A DNA stretch of 64,000 nt from a bacterium (GTDB lineage Bacteria; Patescibacteriota; Dojkabacteria; JAKAPS01; JAJZLI01), in assembly GCA_021785355.1 (NCBI GenBank), contig JAJYFR010000001.1, positions 135,096 through 199,095 of the forward strand. The letters are read 5' to 3'. The translations under genes and the position numbers were made by a program. Within the stretch, counting starts at the first letter, position 1, and every line of letters begins with the position of its first letter. Shown here piece by piece: positions 20,940-30,804 of the stretch. The notes below the pieces were generated by a model. It had not been told where the DNA came from. It made no database searches and saw only the letters and a list, made by a program, of their open reading frames with translations.

Positions 20940-21729
20940 AAATAAAAATATACGAACTATAACTATTCTTTCTTCAATTTTGATAGTTACCTTGTCTTAT
21001 ATATCCATATTTTATTTTAAAAGATTTGAGGTTATCGAAGGGCTTATTCTAATAATAGTATCATATATTATTTCTTTGGTAATAGTTAATTTTAAATTCA
21101 AGCTACGAGAAATATTTAGTTTATTAATATTTACAAGTATTATTGTTTTTTTATTTTTTACGCTTAATTATAAATATCCGTTTATATTTTATAATGCATA
21201 TGCATCTTTTTTTATTTTTATCTTATATTTAATACTTATATATAGTTCTTTTCTTCACATAAGTATAATTAATGTACTAAAAGTAGAATTAGTACCTTTA
21301 GTGAGGTTTTCTTATACCATAAATTATATTATTTCCATAATTTTGCTGTATTTATCCTTCTTATTAGCTTTTAGTCAGTCTAATATTTTATTTAAGTTAT
21401 TTTATATAGTATTTCTATCATTTATCATAATATCTCAGAATTTAGTTTCTTTAGGATATGATATAGATGATGTTCAGTTTTATGGCATATTCGGAGCAAT
21501 TACGTTTTTAGTTTTAGGAGTACTATTTTTAATATATCCAGTAATAATATATATATCTGCTTTATCTTTATCTTTAGTAGCATATATATATATAGGCATA
21601 CTGCTACATTCAAGAATAAGCAACTTAGAGCTTCTTAATTACGTAGAATATCTATTTATAGGTATTATTATATTTATAGTATTATTAATATTGCCAATCT
21701 GGGGAATCTCAGGTGGTTTATTTATTTAA
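20917..21729 (+). CDS. Polytopic membrane protein of unknown function
   Basis: 270 aa with about 8-9 hydrophobic segments. Confidence 0.7.
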   Translation: MKNFLLSENKNIRTITILSSILIVTLSYISIFYFKRFEVIEGLILIIVSYIISLVIVNFKFKLREIFSLLIFTSIIVFLFFTLNYKYPFIFYNAYASFFIFILYLILIYSSFLHISIINVLKVELVPLVRFSYTINYIISIILLYLSFLLAFSQSNILFKLFYIVFLSFIIISQNLVSLGYDIDDVQFYGIFGAITFLVLGVLFLIYPVIIYISALSLSLVAYIYIGILLHSRISNLELLNYVEYLFIGIIIFIVLLILPIWGISGGLFI

Positions 21730-21792
21730 AAATCCCTTTACTAAAGCAATATGTGTATACTCGAAGTAGGGGAAAGACCCTATAGTATATTA

Positions 21793-21843
21793 TAGTCCTA
21801 TAGTTTTTTAGGAAAGAAGAAATGGGGTAGTCCTATAGTTTTT
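21793..21843. repeat. 16-bp direct repeat TAGTCCTATAGTTTTT, two copies
   Basis: Copies at 21793-21808 and 21828-21843; partial CCTATAGT at 21779-21786. Confidence 0.85.
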
Positions 21844-21844
21844 A

Positions 21845-21853
21845 TGTGGATAA
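21845..21853 (-). promoter_or_regulatory. Consensus DnaA box (TTATCCACA)
   Basis: TGTGGATAA on + strand; single perfect box, function unproven. Confidence 0.4.
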
Positions 21854-22020
21854 AGTAATCAGTTTAAATATTAAGTGATAATCAGTTTGTGCTTGTTGTA
21901 TAAGTATTATTAGATATATTTAAAATTAATATTATTTAATAAGAATGTATTGAAGTGTAAGTTTTATAAGAGAAGTGGTACTCTATCTCTATTTTTATCA
22001 TTAAGATACCTCAAAATATA

Positions 22021-22048
22021 ACTGAGTATAATCACCCTTATACTCAGT
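22021..22048. other. Candidate dif-like Xer recombination site
   Basis: ACTGAGTATAA-TCACCC-TTATACTCAGT: perfect 11-bp arms, 6-bp spacer; Xer gene 1.1 kb downstream. Confidence 0.62.
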
Positions 22049-22265
22049 TCTAGACATCTTGTTTCAAAAGAGGGCTTCTACTCTGGGGTCTTCTCTATTT
22101 GGAGACTTTATGTAGATGTTTAAGATATTATAAATGTTAAATATGATGATAATATGTTCTATAATATGTATTTTATATTATTTAGGTTATTCTCCTATTC
22201 TTGATTTATTGATCTAAATTGCTATAATTTATGTACTAAATCTATATTTTATATAAAGTGAAATT

Positions 22266-22475
22266 ATGAATAATACTATTAAACCAACAAAAAATGGACC
22301 TTTAAAGGTGTCTGGAAAAGTAGACATCCTAGATGAGTCAGGAAGCCTCCTTGAGAGTGTAGAGAGTAGTACTTATCTATGTAGATGTGGAAACTCTTCA
22401 AATAAGCCCTTCTGTGATGGCACTCATGCTGTTGTTAATTTTGATTCTTCTAAGGGGTTACAAGAAGATAAATAA
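22266..22475 (+). CDS. CDGSH iron-sulfur domain protein
   Basis: NGPL.V.G and LCRCGNSSNKPFCDGTH. Confidence 0.95.
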   Translation: MNNTIKPTKNGPLKVSGKVDILDESGSLLESVESSTYLCRCGNSSNKPFCDGTHAVVNFDSSKGLQEDK

Positions 22476-23131
22476 TGAAATTAATCCTAAAAGAAAAAAT
22501 ATTTCTATCAGAAGATGTAGTAAATTTAATATTTGAACCAGAAATAGAATTTTCTTGGATTCCTGGGCAATTTTTGCAATATTATATAGAAGATATAAAT
22601 GATGAAAGGGGTAATGATAGATTTTTTACTATAGCAAGTTCTCCTTTAGAAAAAAGTATATATCTTACAACTAGAATATCTGAAGATTCAAGTGAATTTA
22701 AAAAAAGGTTGTTAAATATAGAATCCATTCAATCAGAAGGCCCATGGGGTAATTTTACCCTTAGTGATGATTATTCTAAATATAATATAAATTATATAGT
22801 AGGAGGTATAGGTATTACCCCTGTAAGATCAATGGTTAAGGATTTGATATTAAACAAAAAAGATACTTCAAATATTAATATTTTATATTTTAATAGAAAT
22901 AAAGATTTTATATTTAAAAAAGATATAGAGAATTTAAAAGTTTTTTATAAAGAAGGTTCTGCCAATGAGTTAGATTTTAAAAACAACCTTATCAGCTCCC
23001 CTACTTCATTATTCTATATTTCAGGACCAGAAGGTTTTGTTAAATATATAAATTCTATTTTAATAGATAAATTAAATATCAATAATAACCTTATAAAGAA
23101 GGATTTTTTCCCGGGTTATAAAGATTTATAA
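22475..23131 (+). CDS. FAD/NAD(P)-binding oxidoreductase (FNR family)
   Basis: PGQF, RFFTIASSP, GPWGNF, GGIGITP, YISGP. Confidence 0.92.
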   Translation: MKLILKEKIFLSEDVVNLIFEPEIEFSWIPGQFLQYYIEDINDERGNDRFFTIASSPLEKSIYLTTRISEDSSEFKKRLLNIESIQSEGPWGNFTLSDDYSKYNINYIVGGIGITPVRSMVKDLILNKKDTSNINILYFNRNKDFIFKKDIENLKVFYKEGSANELDFKNNLISSPTSLFYISGPEGFVKYINSILIDKLNINNNLIKKDFFPGYKDL

Positions 23132-23171
23132 TGTTAATTATTGATTAGTACTTCCCTATTCTATAATATAT

Positions 23172-24149
23172 ATGTACATGAAAGATATATTATTAGAGCA
23201 TAAAAAAGAATTTCTACTAAATTTATTAAATAATAATTACAGTAAAGAAACTATTTATAATTATGAGAGAGATCTTTCTTTATTTGAATTATTTTTATCT
23301 GATAGATTTATAGATTTTAAAAATATAACCAAGCAAGATATTGTTTTTTTTAAAGACTTTTTAAGAACTGGTGAATATATAAAGATTTTAAAAAATGATA
23401 AAAGTGTTATACATAATTTTGCTAAAGATAATAAGGGTGAATTATCTTCTCGTTCTATAAATAGAGTTTTATCTTCATTAAGATCATATATAAAATATTT
23501 AATAGATTTTGAACTTTTTACTCCAATAAGTCCTGAAGTAATAAAATTAATAAAGACTGAAAAGAAAAATTCTCAGGTTGCAGAATTAAATGATCTTATT
23601 CGTTTAATAGAGTTTCCAACTTTTTATGAGAAAAATGAATTTGTGAAGAGTAGAAATAGAGCTATTCTAGAAACTTTATTCTCAACAGGTATGAGGATAT
23701 CTGAATTAGTATCTTTAAATAGAGATCAAATTAATGATGATGGCAAGATATATGTTTTAGGAAAAGGGAAAAAACAAAGATTTGTATATTTAACAGAAAG
23801 ATCAAAAAAATATATTTTTGAATATTTATCTTTAAGAGAGGATAATATGTCTGCTCTTTTTATACCTACTCGTGGAGGTAGATTAGGTAATGTTAATAAT
23901 AGAATCTCTACAAACTATATACAAGAAAGAATATCTTTTTATAGAAAAAAAATAGGAATTGTTGTTCCTACAAGTGCTCATAGTCTTAGACATGGATTTG
24001 CTACTTACCTTGCAGAAGATGGTGCAAGTCCTGTAGCTATACAAATACTTTTAGGGCATGAGTCTTTACAGACAACAAATAAATACGTACATGCTTCTGA
24101 TAAGTATGCAGAGGAGTCTCATAAAAAATTTCATCCATTAACTCAATGA
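23172..24149 (+). CDS. Xer-family tyrosine recombinase
   Basis: STGMRISEL, GKGKKQR, HSLRHGFAT, LLGH, catalytic Y in TNKYVH; N-terminal SAM-like domain. Confidence 0.95.
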   Translation: MYMKDILLEHKKEFLLNLLNNNYSKETIYNYERDLSLFELFLSDRFIDFKNITKQDIVFFKDFLRTGEYIKILKNDKSVIHNFAKDNKGELSSRSINRVLSSLRSYIKYLIDFELFTPISPEVIKLIKTEKKNSQVAELNDLIRLIEFPTFYEKNEFVKSRNRAILETLFSTGMRISELVSLNRDQINDDGKIYVLGKGKKQRFVYLTERSKKYIFEYLSLREDNMSALFIPTRGGRLGNVNNRISTNYIQERISFYRKKIGIVVPTSAHSLRHGFATYLAEDGASPVAIQILLGHESLQTTNKYVHASDKYAEESHKKFHPLTQ

Positions 24150-24163
24150 AAAAACAGTAAAGA

Positions 24164-24433
24164 TTATTGAACAGCATTAGGAGTATTATTAAGGCTTGTT
24201 TGTAGTGGTCCTTGGCCATTATATATCGTATATTGAAAAATTGCAGGTACAGATGAAGCTGCTTGTTCTTGTAAAGTTACTTGTCTTGTACTTTGATTAT
24301 ATGTTCCTGTAGAAGTTATGCTATATTCCTCTACTTGAGCAAATTCTGATTTTGCTGTATTTACTATAAATATAAATACTATGGATAATATAAATACTAA
24401 AGCAAATGATTTTATATAGATTTTTCTTTTCAT
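24164..24433 (-). CDS. Small secreted or membrane-anchored protein
   Basis: 89 aa with basic N-terminus and hydrophobic signal segment. Confidence 0.65.
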   Translation of the reverse strand: MKRKIYIKSFALVFILSIVFIFIVNTAKSEFAQVEEYSITSTGTYNQSTRQVTLQEQAASSVPAIFQYTIYNGQGPLQTSLNNTPNAVQ

Positions 24434-24498
24434 ATATTTATAATATAATATAATGTTATAATAATTAAGTAAAGAGTGATATATAAAATAGTTTAATT

Positions 24499-26415
24499 AT
24501 GCTTAAAAAGGTTCTTAGTAAAATATTTAATCCACCTCAGGAAATCTTCATTTTTAAGATATATATGTATTGGTTTTTATTATTGATAGGTGTTTTTATG
24601 TTTTTTCAAGGAAGAATCTCTTCAGAATATTCTACTCTATTAATGATATTATTTGCATCAGGTTTATTTATTTTAAGATTTCTTCGTGGAAATATATATC
24701 TTTATAAGAAACATATATATCTATTAATTACTTTTCTTGTAATATTATGTATCTCTACAATTTATAGTATTAATATATATAAAAGTATACTAGGTTTAGT
24801 GTTATTTTTATCTGTTTTTATAATATTTGTACTAACTTTTGATATTTTTTCAAACACTAAGATTATTAAATGGTTTTTAGCTTGGTTACTTTTCTTAGGT
24901 TCTATATTCTCTATTTTTGGAATATATCTATATTTTACAGGTGCATCTAGTAATTTTATTTCTACATTCAGTAATTCATTTGAATCTGTATCTTTTCTAT
25001 TATTAATTATTCCAATTTCTTTTTATTTTTATATATCTTCTAAAAATTTGTATTTAAAAACGATAAATTTATTTACTCTATCATTGTTATATATATCTTC
25101 TGTACTAGCTTTTAATTACTTTGGGTATGGGGTAATATTACTAGAAACTTTGCTTCTAATAATATTATTTAGAAGATATATATATAAAGATATCCTTAAG
25201 TTTATATTATTAATTTTTGTTGTAGGTATATTTTCCTTTATTTTTATACATTTTCATAAACCGCAAGTTCTTTTAAATTCTTCTAATTTATCAAATGTTA
25301 TCAATCTGACTCAAAATCAAAGAGTATCCTTATATAAAAAAGAGATATCTATAATGTTTAATAAACCTTTCTTTGGTTATGGTTTATCAACATTTTCAAA
25401 TGTATTTAAAAAGTTTCAGTATGCTCCTTGGTTATATCTTAAAAATTCTTTCAGTACATATATGAGTATATTTATAGATACTGGAATATTAGGTGGACTT
25501 GCTGTATTTATATTTATAATATCTTTTATATATAATGCTTGGTTTTCTATAAAAGAAAATCTTAAATATTTCAAATATACGAAAAACATTCCTAATAATT
25601 TAGTATATTTTCCTCTATATATAAGTATCTTTAGTATATTTGTATATGCTATTTTCTATGATATTTTATTTTTAGTACCGATAATGTCTTTGTTATTTAT
25701 ACTTATAGGTATATCTTTTAGAAATTTTAAAACTGAAGATATATTAAGTATAAGGCTATCTAATTCTATATTAATTTTATCTTTGATATTATTTATATTT
25801 GGTATATTTTTATTTTTATCAACAACTTTTTTTAATGATGGAACAAAAATTTTATCAAATGTTAATTTAAATAAAAGTGAAATAATAACATCTAAAGGTT
25901 ATTTTAAAAACTCTATATCTTTTTTGCCTATAAACTCCAATTCTTATTATGAAATGGGTCTTATAGATGAAAGTTTGAAAAATTATAAAGGAGCAGTAAA
26001 TAATTTAGATTTATCTTTAAAATATAATAATTTTAGCCCAAAGATATATTATGAATTAGGGAAAATATATTTTAATACACATAAATATAAGAAGTCTTTG
26101 TATTACTTTAAAAAAGCATATAATTTTAATAGATACTATAGTCCTAATTATATTTTAGGTTTAGGAGAATTTTATATGTATAGAAAAAATCCTATACTAG
26201 AGAAAAGTATTTATCTTCAAGCAATAAATAAATATTTTCCATTAAATAAATTTCATAAGAAGTATAATAATGTGTTTTTTAATAATAATATGAATAATAT
26301 AGTAGATCAAATGTATATTAATTTATTTAATTTAACCAAGAACAAAAAATATATAGAAGAGTCTAGTAGTCTATCCTCTATTTCAATATTTGCTCCTCAT
26401 ATTAAAAAGAAATAG
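24499..26415 (+). CDS. O-antigen ligase (Wzy_C)-like membrane protein with C-terminal TPRs
   Basis: About 12 TMs, R..LY...I.MF.KPFFGYG..TF, DTGILG; TPR-like YYEMG/YYELG repeats. Confidence 0.82.
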   Translation: MLKKVLSKIFNPPQEIFIFKIYMYWFLLLIGVFMFFQGRISSEYSTLLMILFASGLFILRFLRGNIYLYKKHIYLLITFLVILCISTIYSINIYKSILGLVLFLSVFIIFVLTFDIFSNTKIIKWFLAWLLFLGSIFSIFGIYLYFTGASSNFISTFSNSFESVSFLLLIIPISFYFYISSKNLYLKTINLFTLSLLYISSVLAFNYFGYGVILLETLLLIILFRRYIYKDILKFILLIFVVGIFSFIFIHFHKPQVLLNSSNLSNVINLTQNQRVSLYKKEISIMFNKPFFGYGLSTFSNVFKKFQYAPWLYLKNSFSTYMSIFIDTGILGGLAVFIFIISFIYNAWFSIKENLKYFKYTKNIPNNLVYFPLYISIFSIFVYAIFYDILFLVPIMSLLFILIGISFRNFKTEDILSIRLSNSILILSLILFIFGIFLFLSTTFFNDGTKILSNVNLNKSEIITSKGYFKNSISFLPINSNSYYEMGLIDESLKNYKGAVNNLDLSLKYNNFSPKIYYELGKIYFNTHKYKKSLYYFKKAYNFNRYYSPNYILGLGEFYMYRKNPILEKSIYLQAINKYFPLNKFHKKYNNVFFNNNMNNIVDQMYINLFNLTKNKKYIEESSSLSSISIFAPHIKKK

Positions 26416-26416
26416 T

Positions 26417-28873
26417 TTAACTACATTCTACAGTAGATACATAATCATCTTTTTTAAGATTAATAAGTTTTACTCCAGAAGTATGCCTGTTGTGTCTTGG
26501 AACAGATGAAATATCAATTTTTATTATTTGACCTTTATCTGAAATTATTAAAGCTTCTTTTTCTTCTTTTACAATTTTTACTGATGCTATTTTTCCTGTT
26601 TTTGCATTTATTTTTGCAGCAAAAACTCCTTTACCTCCCCTACTTTGTGTATTGTATTGACTTACTTTTGATTTCTTACCAAAACCATTTTTTGTTACAA
26701 TTAAAAGATCTGATTTATCAGTTATAGAACCTACTCCAACAACCTCATTTTCAGGTAACATCTTTATAGCTCTTACTCCTCTAGAAGATCTACCTGTATC
26801 CCTTACATCTTTCTCTGAGAATCTTATACTATGAGCATCTTTAGTGACAACAATTACATCTGTACCTTCTTCTATCCTCTCAACCCATTTGAGTACATCT
26901 CCTTTGTCTAATTTAATAGCAATTAATCCATTTTTTCTTATATTTTTAAATTGAGATATTTTTGTTTTTTTAACAACACCTCTTTGTGTAGTCATTAACA
27001 AATATCCTGCTTCATTATCATTTTGCTCAAGAAGTAATATGCTATTTATTTTTTCATCTTTTTCTAAATTAATGAAATTTACTAATGGTTGTCCTTTAGC
27101 TATTCTAGAAAATTCAGGAATTTCGTATACTCTAGATTGAAATACTCTTCCTTTATCAGAAAAGAAGAGTATATTATTTAGAGTTTTTGTTATAATAGCA
27201 TGAGATATAATGTCTTCTTCTTTTGTAGTCATACCTATAATACCTTTCCCGCCTCTATTTTGTAATTTATATGTATCTGGAGATATTCTCTTTATATAAC
27301 CACTTTTACTTATAGTTATTAAGGTCTCTTTATCTTCTATTATATCTTGAATTTCAAAATCACCTATTTTTGAATTTACTACTTTTGTTAATCTATCATC
27401 TCCATATTTATCCCTAATTAAAGTACTTTCTTCTTTTACTATATTAACAATATTAAATTTATCAGATAGTATTGTTTCTAATTTTAAAATTAACTCTCTT
27501 ATACTTTTTAATTCATCTTCTATTTTTTGTCTTTCTAATGCAGCTAATCTTCTTAATTGCATATCAAGTATTGCTTGTGATTGAATTTCTGATAAAGAAA
27601 ATCTTTTCATAAGTTCAGTTTTTGCAACATCTGAATCTTTAGATCCTCTAATCACTTTTATAACTTCATCTATATTATCAATTGCTATTTTAAGACCTTC
27701 TAATATATGTTCTCTTTCTTTTGCTTTTTTTAAATCAAATTCAGTTCTTTTTTGAATTATATTTATTCTATGTTCTATAAAAATCTCAAGTATATTTTTA
27801 ATATTAAGTGTTTTTGGTTCACCATCAACCAAAGCTAACATATTAGAGTTAAATACTGTTTGAAGATCTGTATATTTAAAAAGTTTATTTATTAATATAT
27901 TGGGTTTTGAATCTTTTTTTAAATCTATAACTATTCTTATTTCTTCTTTAGCACTTTCATCTCTTATATCAGCTATTCCTTCAATCTTATCATTTTTTAC
28001 CAAATCAGCAATTTTCATTATTAATTTAGATTTATTTATTTGAAAAGGAATTTCACTTATTATTATTTGCATTTTACCTTTACTATCTTCAACAATTTCT
28101 GCTTTTCCTCTAATAACGACTCTACCTCTTCCTGTTGTATACATGTTTGTTAATTCTGCTTTATCATATATAGTTCCTTTAGTAGGAAAATCAGGTCCTT
28201 TTATAAACTTCATTATCTCTTCTATATGAATTTCATCTGAAATTTTATTGTCGGAAGATACTTCTTTAATATTTTCTAATATATGAATAATTGCACTCAT
28301 AACTTCTCTTAGGTTATGAGGAGGAATTTTAGTAGCCATACCTACTGCAATTCCCTCTGTCCCATTAAGTATAAGTGTTGGTATAGCTGTAGGTAGAACA
28401 TCAGGTTCTTGTAATCTTCCGTCATATGTTTCATGAAAAGTAACAGTTTCTTTATCAATATCTCTTAATATTTCTTCGGAGATTTTTTCTAACTTAGCCT
28501 CTGTATATCTCATTGCAGCAGCACTATCTCCATCAATAGATCCAAAATTTCCTTGACCTTTAATTAATGTATATCTCAAAGAAAAATCTTGTGCCATATG
28601 AACTAATGCATCATAGATAGATAAATCTCCATGAGGATGATATTTTCCCATTACTTCTCCTACTATTCTTGCACTTTTTAGATATTTAGCTGAAAAATAT
28701 AATCTATTTTCATGCATAGTGTAGATTATTCTTCTATGTACAGGTTTTAGCCCGTCTTTTGCATCAGGAAGAGCTCTAGCAGTAATAACACTCATAGAGT
28801 AGTTAATATAGCTCTTCTTCATTTCATCTACTATATTTGTAATTCTTATGTTTTGATTATTTTCTATATCCAT
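26417..28873 (-). CDS. gyrA: DNA gyrase subunit A
   Basis: [22 protein letters not shown], GyrA box QNRGGKG. Confidence 0.99.
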   Translation of the reverse strand: MDIENNQNIRITNIVDEMKKSYINYSMSVITARALPDAKDGLKPVHRRIIYTMHENRLYFSAKYLKSARIVGEVMGKYHPHGDLSIYDALVHMAQDFSLRYTLIKGQGNFGSIDGDSAAAMRYTEAKLEKISEEILRDIDKETVTFHETYDGRLQEPDVLPTAIPTLILNGTEGIAVGMATKIPPHNLREVMSAIIHILENIKEVSSDNKISDEIHIEEIMKFIKGPDFPTKGTIYDKAELTNMYTTGRGRVVIRGKAEIVEDSKGKMQIIISEIPFQINKSKLIMKIADLVKNDKIEGIADIRDESAKEEIRIVIDLKKDSKPNILINKLFKYTDLQTVFNSNMLALVDGEPKTLNIKNILEIFIEHRINIIQKRTEFDLKKAKEREHILEGLKIAIDNIDEVIKVIRGSKDSDVAKTELMKRFSLSEIQSQAILDMQLRRLAALERQKIEDELKSIRELILKLETILSDKFNIVNIVKEESTLIRDKYGDDRLTKVVNSKIGDFEIQDIIEDKETLITISKSGYIKRISPDTYKLQNRGGKGIIGMTTKEEDIISHAIITKTLNNILFFSDKGRVFQSRVYEIPEFSRIAKGQPLVNFINLEKDEKINSILLLEQNDNEAGYLLMTTQRGVVKKTKISQFKNIRKNGLIAIKLDKGDVLKWVERIEEGTDVIVVTKDAHSIRFSEKDVRDTGRSSRGVRAIKMLPENEVVGVGSITDKSDLLIVTKNGFGKKSKVSQYNTQSRGGKGVFAAKINAKTGKIASVKIVKEEKEALIISDKGQIIKIDISSVPRHNRHTSGVKLINLKKDDYVSTVECS

Positions 28874-28876
28874 TTT

Positions 28877-30802
28877 TTAAATATCTATTTCTGCATTTTT
28901 TGCATTTAATTGTATAAATTTCTTTCTTGGAGGAACTTCACTTCCCATAAGCATTTCAAATGTTTTATCTGCTTCCTCTACATCTTCTATTTTTATTTGT
29001 TTCAAAACTCGAGTTTTAGGATTCATAGTAGTTTCCCATAATTGCTCTGAATTCATTTCTCCTAAACCCTTATATCTTTGTATAGATGTAACTTTCATAT
29101 TATCCTTCTCAAAACCTTTGAGCATTGAATCTAATACACTATCATCTAAAGCCCAGTTCTCCTTACTACTTCCTTGTGTAGTAACTTTATATAAAGGAGG
29201 TTGAGCTATATATACATAACCTCTTTCAATTATCTCTTTTAGATGTCTGTATAGAAAAGTTAAAAGAAGTGTTGCTATATGTTCTCCATCAACATCAGCA
29301 TCTGCCATTATAATAATTTTTTTATATCTTATTTTATCTATATTTGTATTATCTGCAATTCCTGTTCCCAGCGCTATTATAAAATCTTTTAATCTTTCAT
29401 TTTCCAATACTTTATCTATTCTATATTTTTCACTATTTATTGGTTTTCCTGTCATAGGTAGTATTGCTTGAGTTTTTCTATCTCTTGCTTGCTTTGAACT
29501 TCCTGCAGCACTATCTCCTTCTACTATAAAGAGCTCTGAATTATCAGGATTTCTCTCTGAACAATCAGCTAATTTTCCTGGTAAAGTTCCTCCTTCAAAA
29601 GCACTTTTTCTTATTACAGCTTCTCTTGCAGCTTTTGCAGCTTTTCTTGCTTTTGCAGCTATTAATACTTTTTCTATGATGTTTTTAGCATCTTTTGGGT
29701 TTTCTTGTAAATATATTTCTAATTCTGAAGATACAATATTTCTTGTTATTGTCTGTATTTCAGAATTATTTAATTTCATTTTTGTTTGTCCTTCAAATTG
29801 AGGGTTTTCAAGTTTTACTGATATAACAGCAGTAAGACCTTCTCTTACATCGTCTCCTGTAAGTAAATCTTTATTATCTTTAATAATATTAGATTTTTTT
29901 GCATAATCATTAATCGTTTTTGTTAAAGCCATTTTGAATCCTGTTATATGAGTACCACCTTCTGGGTTATAAATATTATTCGCAAAAGACATTAAATTAT
30001 CGGAAATTTCCGTAGTATATTGCATTGCAACTTCTATTAAAGATGTATCAGCTTCTTTTTTTATATGAATTATTTCTGTTATATGTTTTTTATCTTTATT
30101 AAGAGTTCTTACATAAGATTTAGCTCCTCCTTCAAAATAAATGTAATAAGGTACTCTGAACTGGTCATCTCTTTCATCTTGAAAAGTAAATAATATATTT
30201 CCTGTAAGATAAGCTTGTTCTCTTATTCTTCTTAATAATTGTTTACTATTAATTTCTACGTCTGAGAATATAGATTTATCTGGAACAAAAGTTTGTATTG
30301 TTCCGTGTTCTTTAGAAATTTTATTATCTTGACTTTTTAGTGCATATAATGGTTTTCCTGCATTATATTCTTGAACAAAACTTTCTCCTTTAATGAAGGA
30401 TTCAGTCCTCATGTATTCACTTAAGGCGTTTGTACAAGATACCCCTACTCCATGTAATCCTCCACTTATCTTATATCCACCCTTAGCTCCAAATTTACCT
30501 CCTGCATGTAGTACTGTCATTACAGTTTCTAATGTAGATTTTTTTGTTTGAGGATGTATACCTACAGGAATACCTCTTCCATTATCCTCTACCTGAATAG
30601 AACCATCTTCTGTTATTTTTATATTTATCTTGTCACAGAACCCAGCTAAAGCTTCATCTATAGCATTATCTATTACTTCATAAATAATTTGATATACTCC
30701 ATTAATACTAGTGGAACCTATGTACATAGAAGGTCTTTTTCTAACAGCCTCTAAACCCTCTAATACAACTATTGAATTTTCATCGTAATTATTATTATCC
30801 AT
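28877..30802 (-). CDS. gyrB: DNA gyrase subunit B
   Basis: EAVRKRPSMYIG, GGLHGVG, EGDSA, DADVDG, RYKGLGEMN. Confidence 0.99.
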   Translation of the reverse strand: MDNNNYDENSIVVLEGLEAVRKRPSMYIGSTSINGVYQIIYEVIDNAIDEALAGFCDKINIKITEDGSIQVEDNGRGIPVGIHPQTKKSTLETVMTVLHAGGKFGAKGGYKISGGLHGVGVSCTNALSEYMRTESFIKGESFVQEYNAGKPLYALKSQDNKISKEHGTIQTFVPDKSIFSDVEINSKQLLRRIREQAYLTGNILFTFQDERDDQFRVPYYIYFEGGAKSYVRTLNKDKKHITEIIHIKKEADTSLIEVAMQYTTEISDNLMSFANNIYNPEGGTHITGFKMALTKTINDYAKKSNIIKDNKDLLTGDDVREGLTAVISVKLENPQFEGQTKMKLNNSEIQTITRNIVSSELEIYLQENPKDAKNIIEKVLIAAKARKAAKAAREAVIRKSAFEGGTLPGKLADCSERNPDNSELFIVEGDSAAGSSKQARDRKTQAILPMTGKPINSEKYRIDKVLENERLKDFIIALGTGIADNTNIDKIRYKKIIIMADADVDGEHIATLLLTFLYRHLKEIIERGYVYIAQPPLYKVTTQGSSKENWALDDSVLDSMLKGFEKDNMKVTSIQRYKGLGEMNSEQLWETTMNPKTRVLKQIKIEDVEEADKTFEMLMGSEVPPRKKFIQLNAKNAEIDI

Positions 30803-30804
30803 AT

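Noticed and set aside
23148-23180. ACTTCCCTATTCTATAATATATATGTAC resembling the Bacillus dif just before xer
   Set aside because: No 11-6-11 symmetry; better explained as the -10 box and start of xer
23172-24149. Recombinase as a prophage or island integrase
   Set aside because: Xer-like size and motifs, no adjacent tRNA/att duplication or phage genes
26630-26660. Second GyrA-box-like motif QSRGGKG
   Set aside because: Ordinary pinwheel blade repeat
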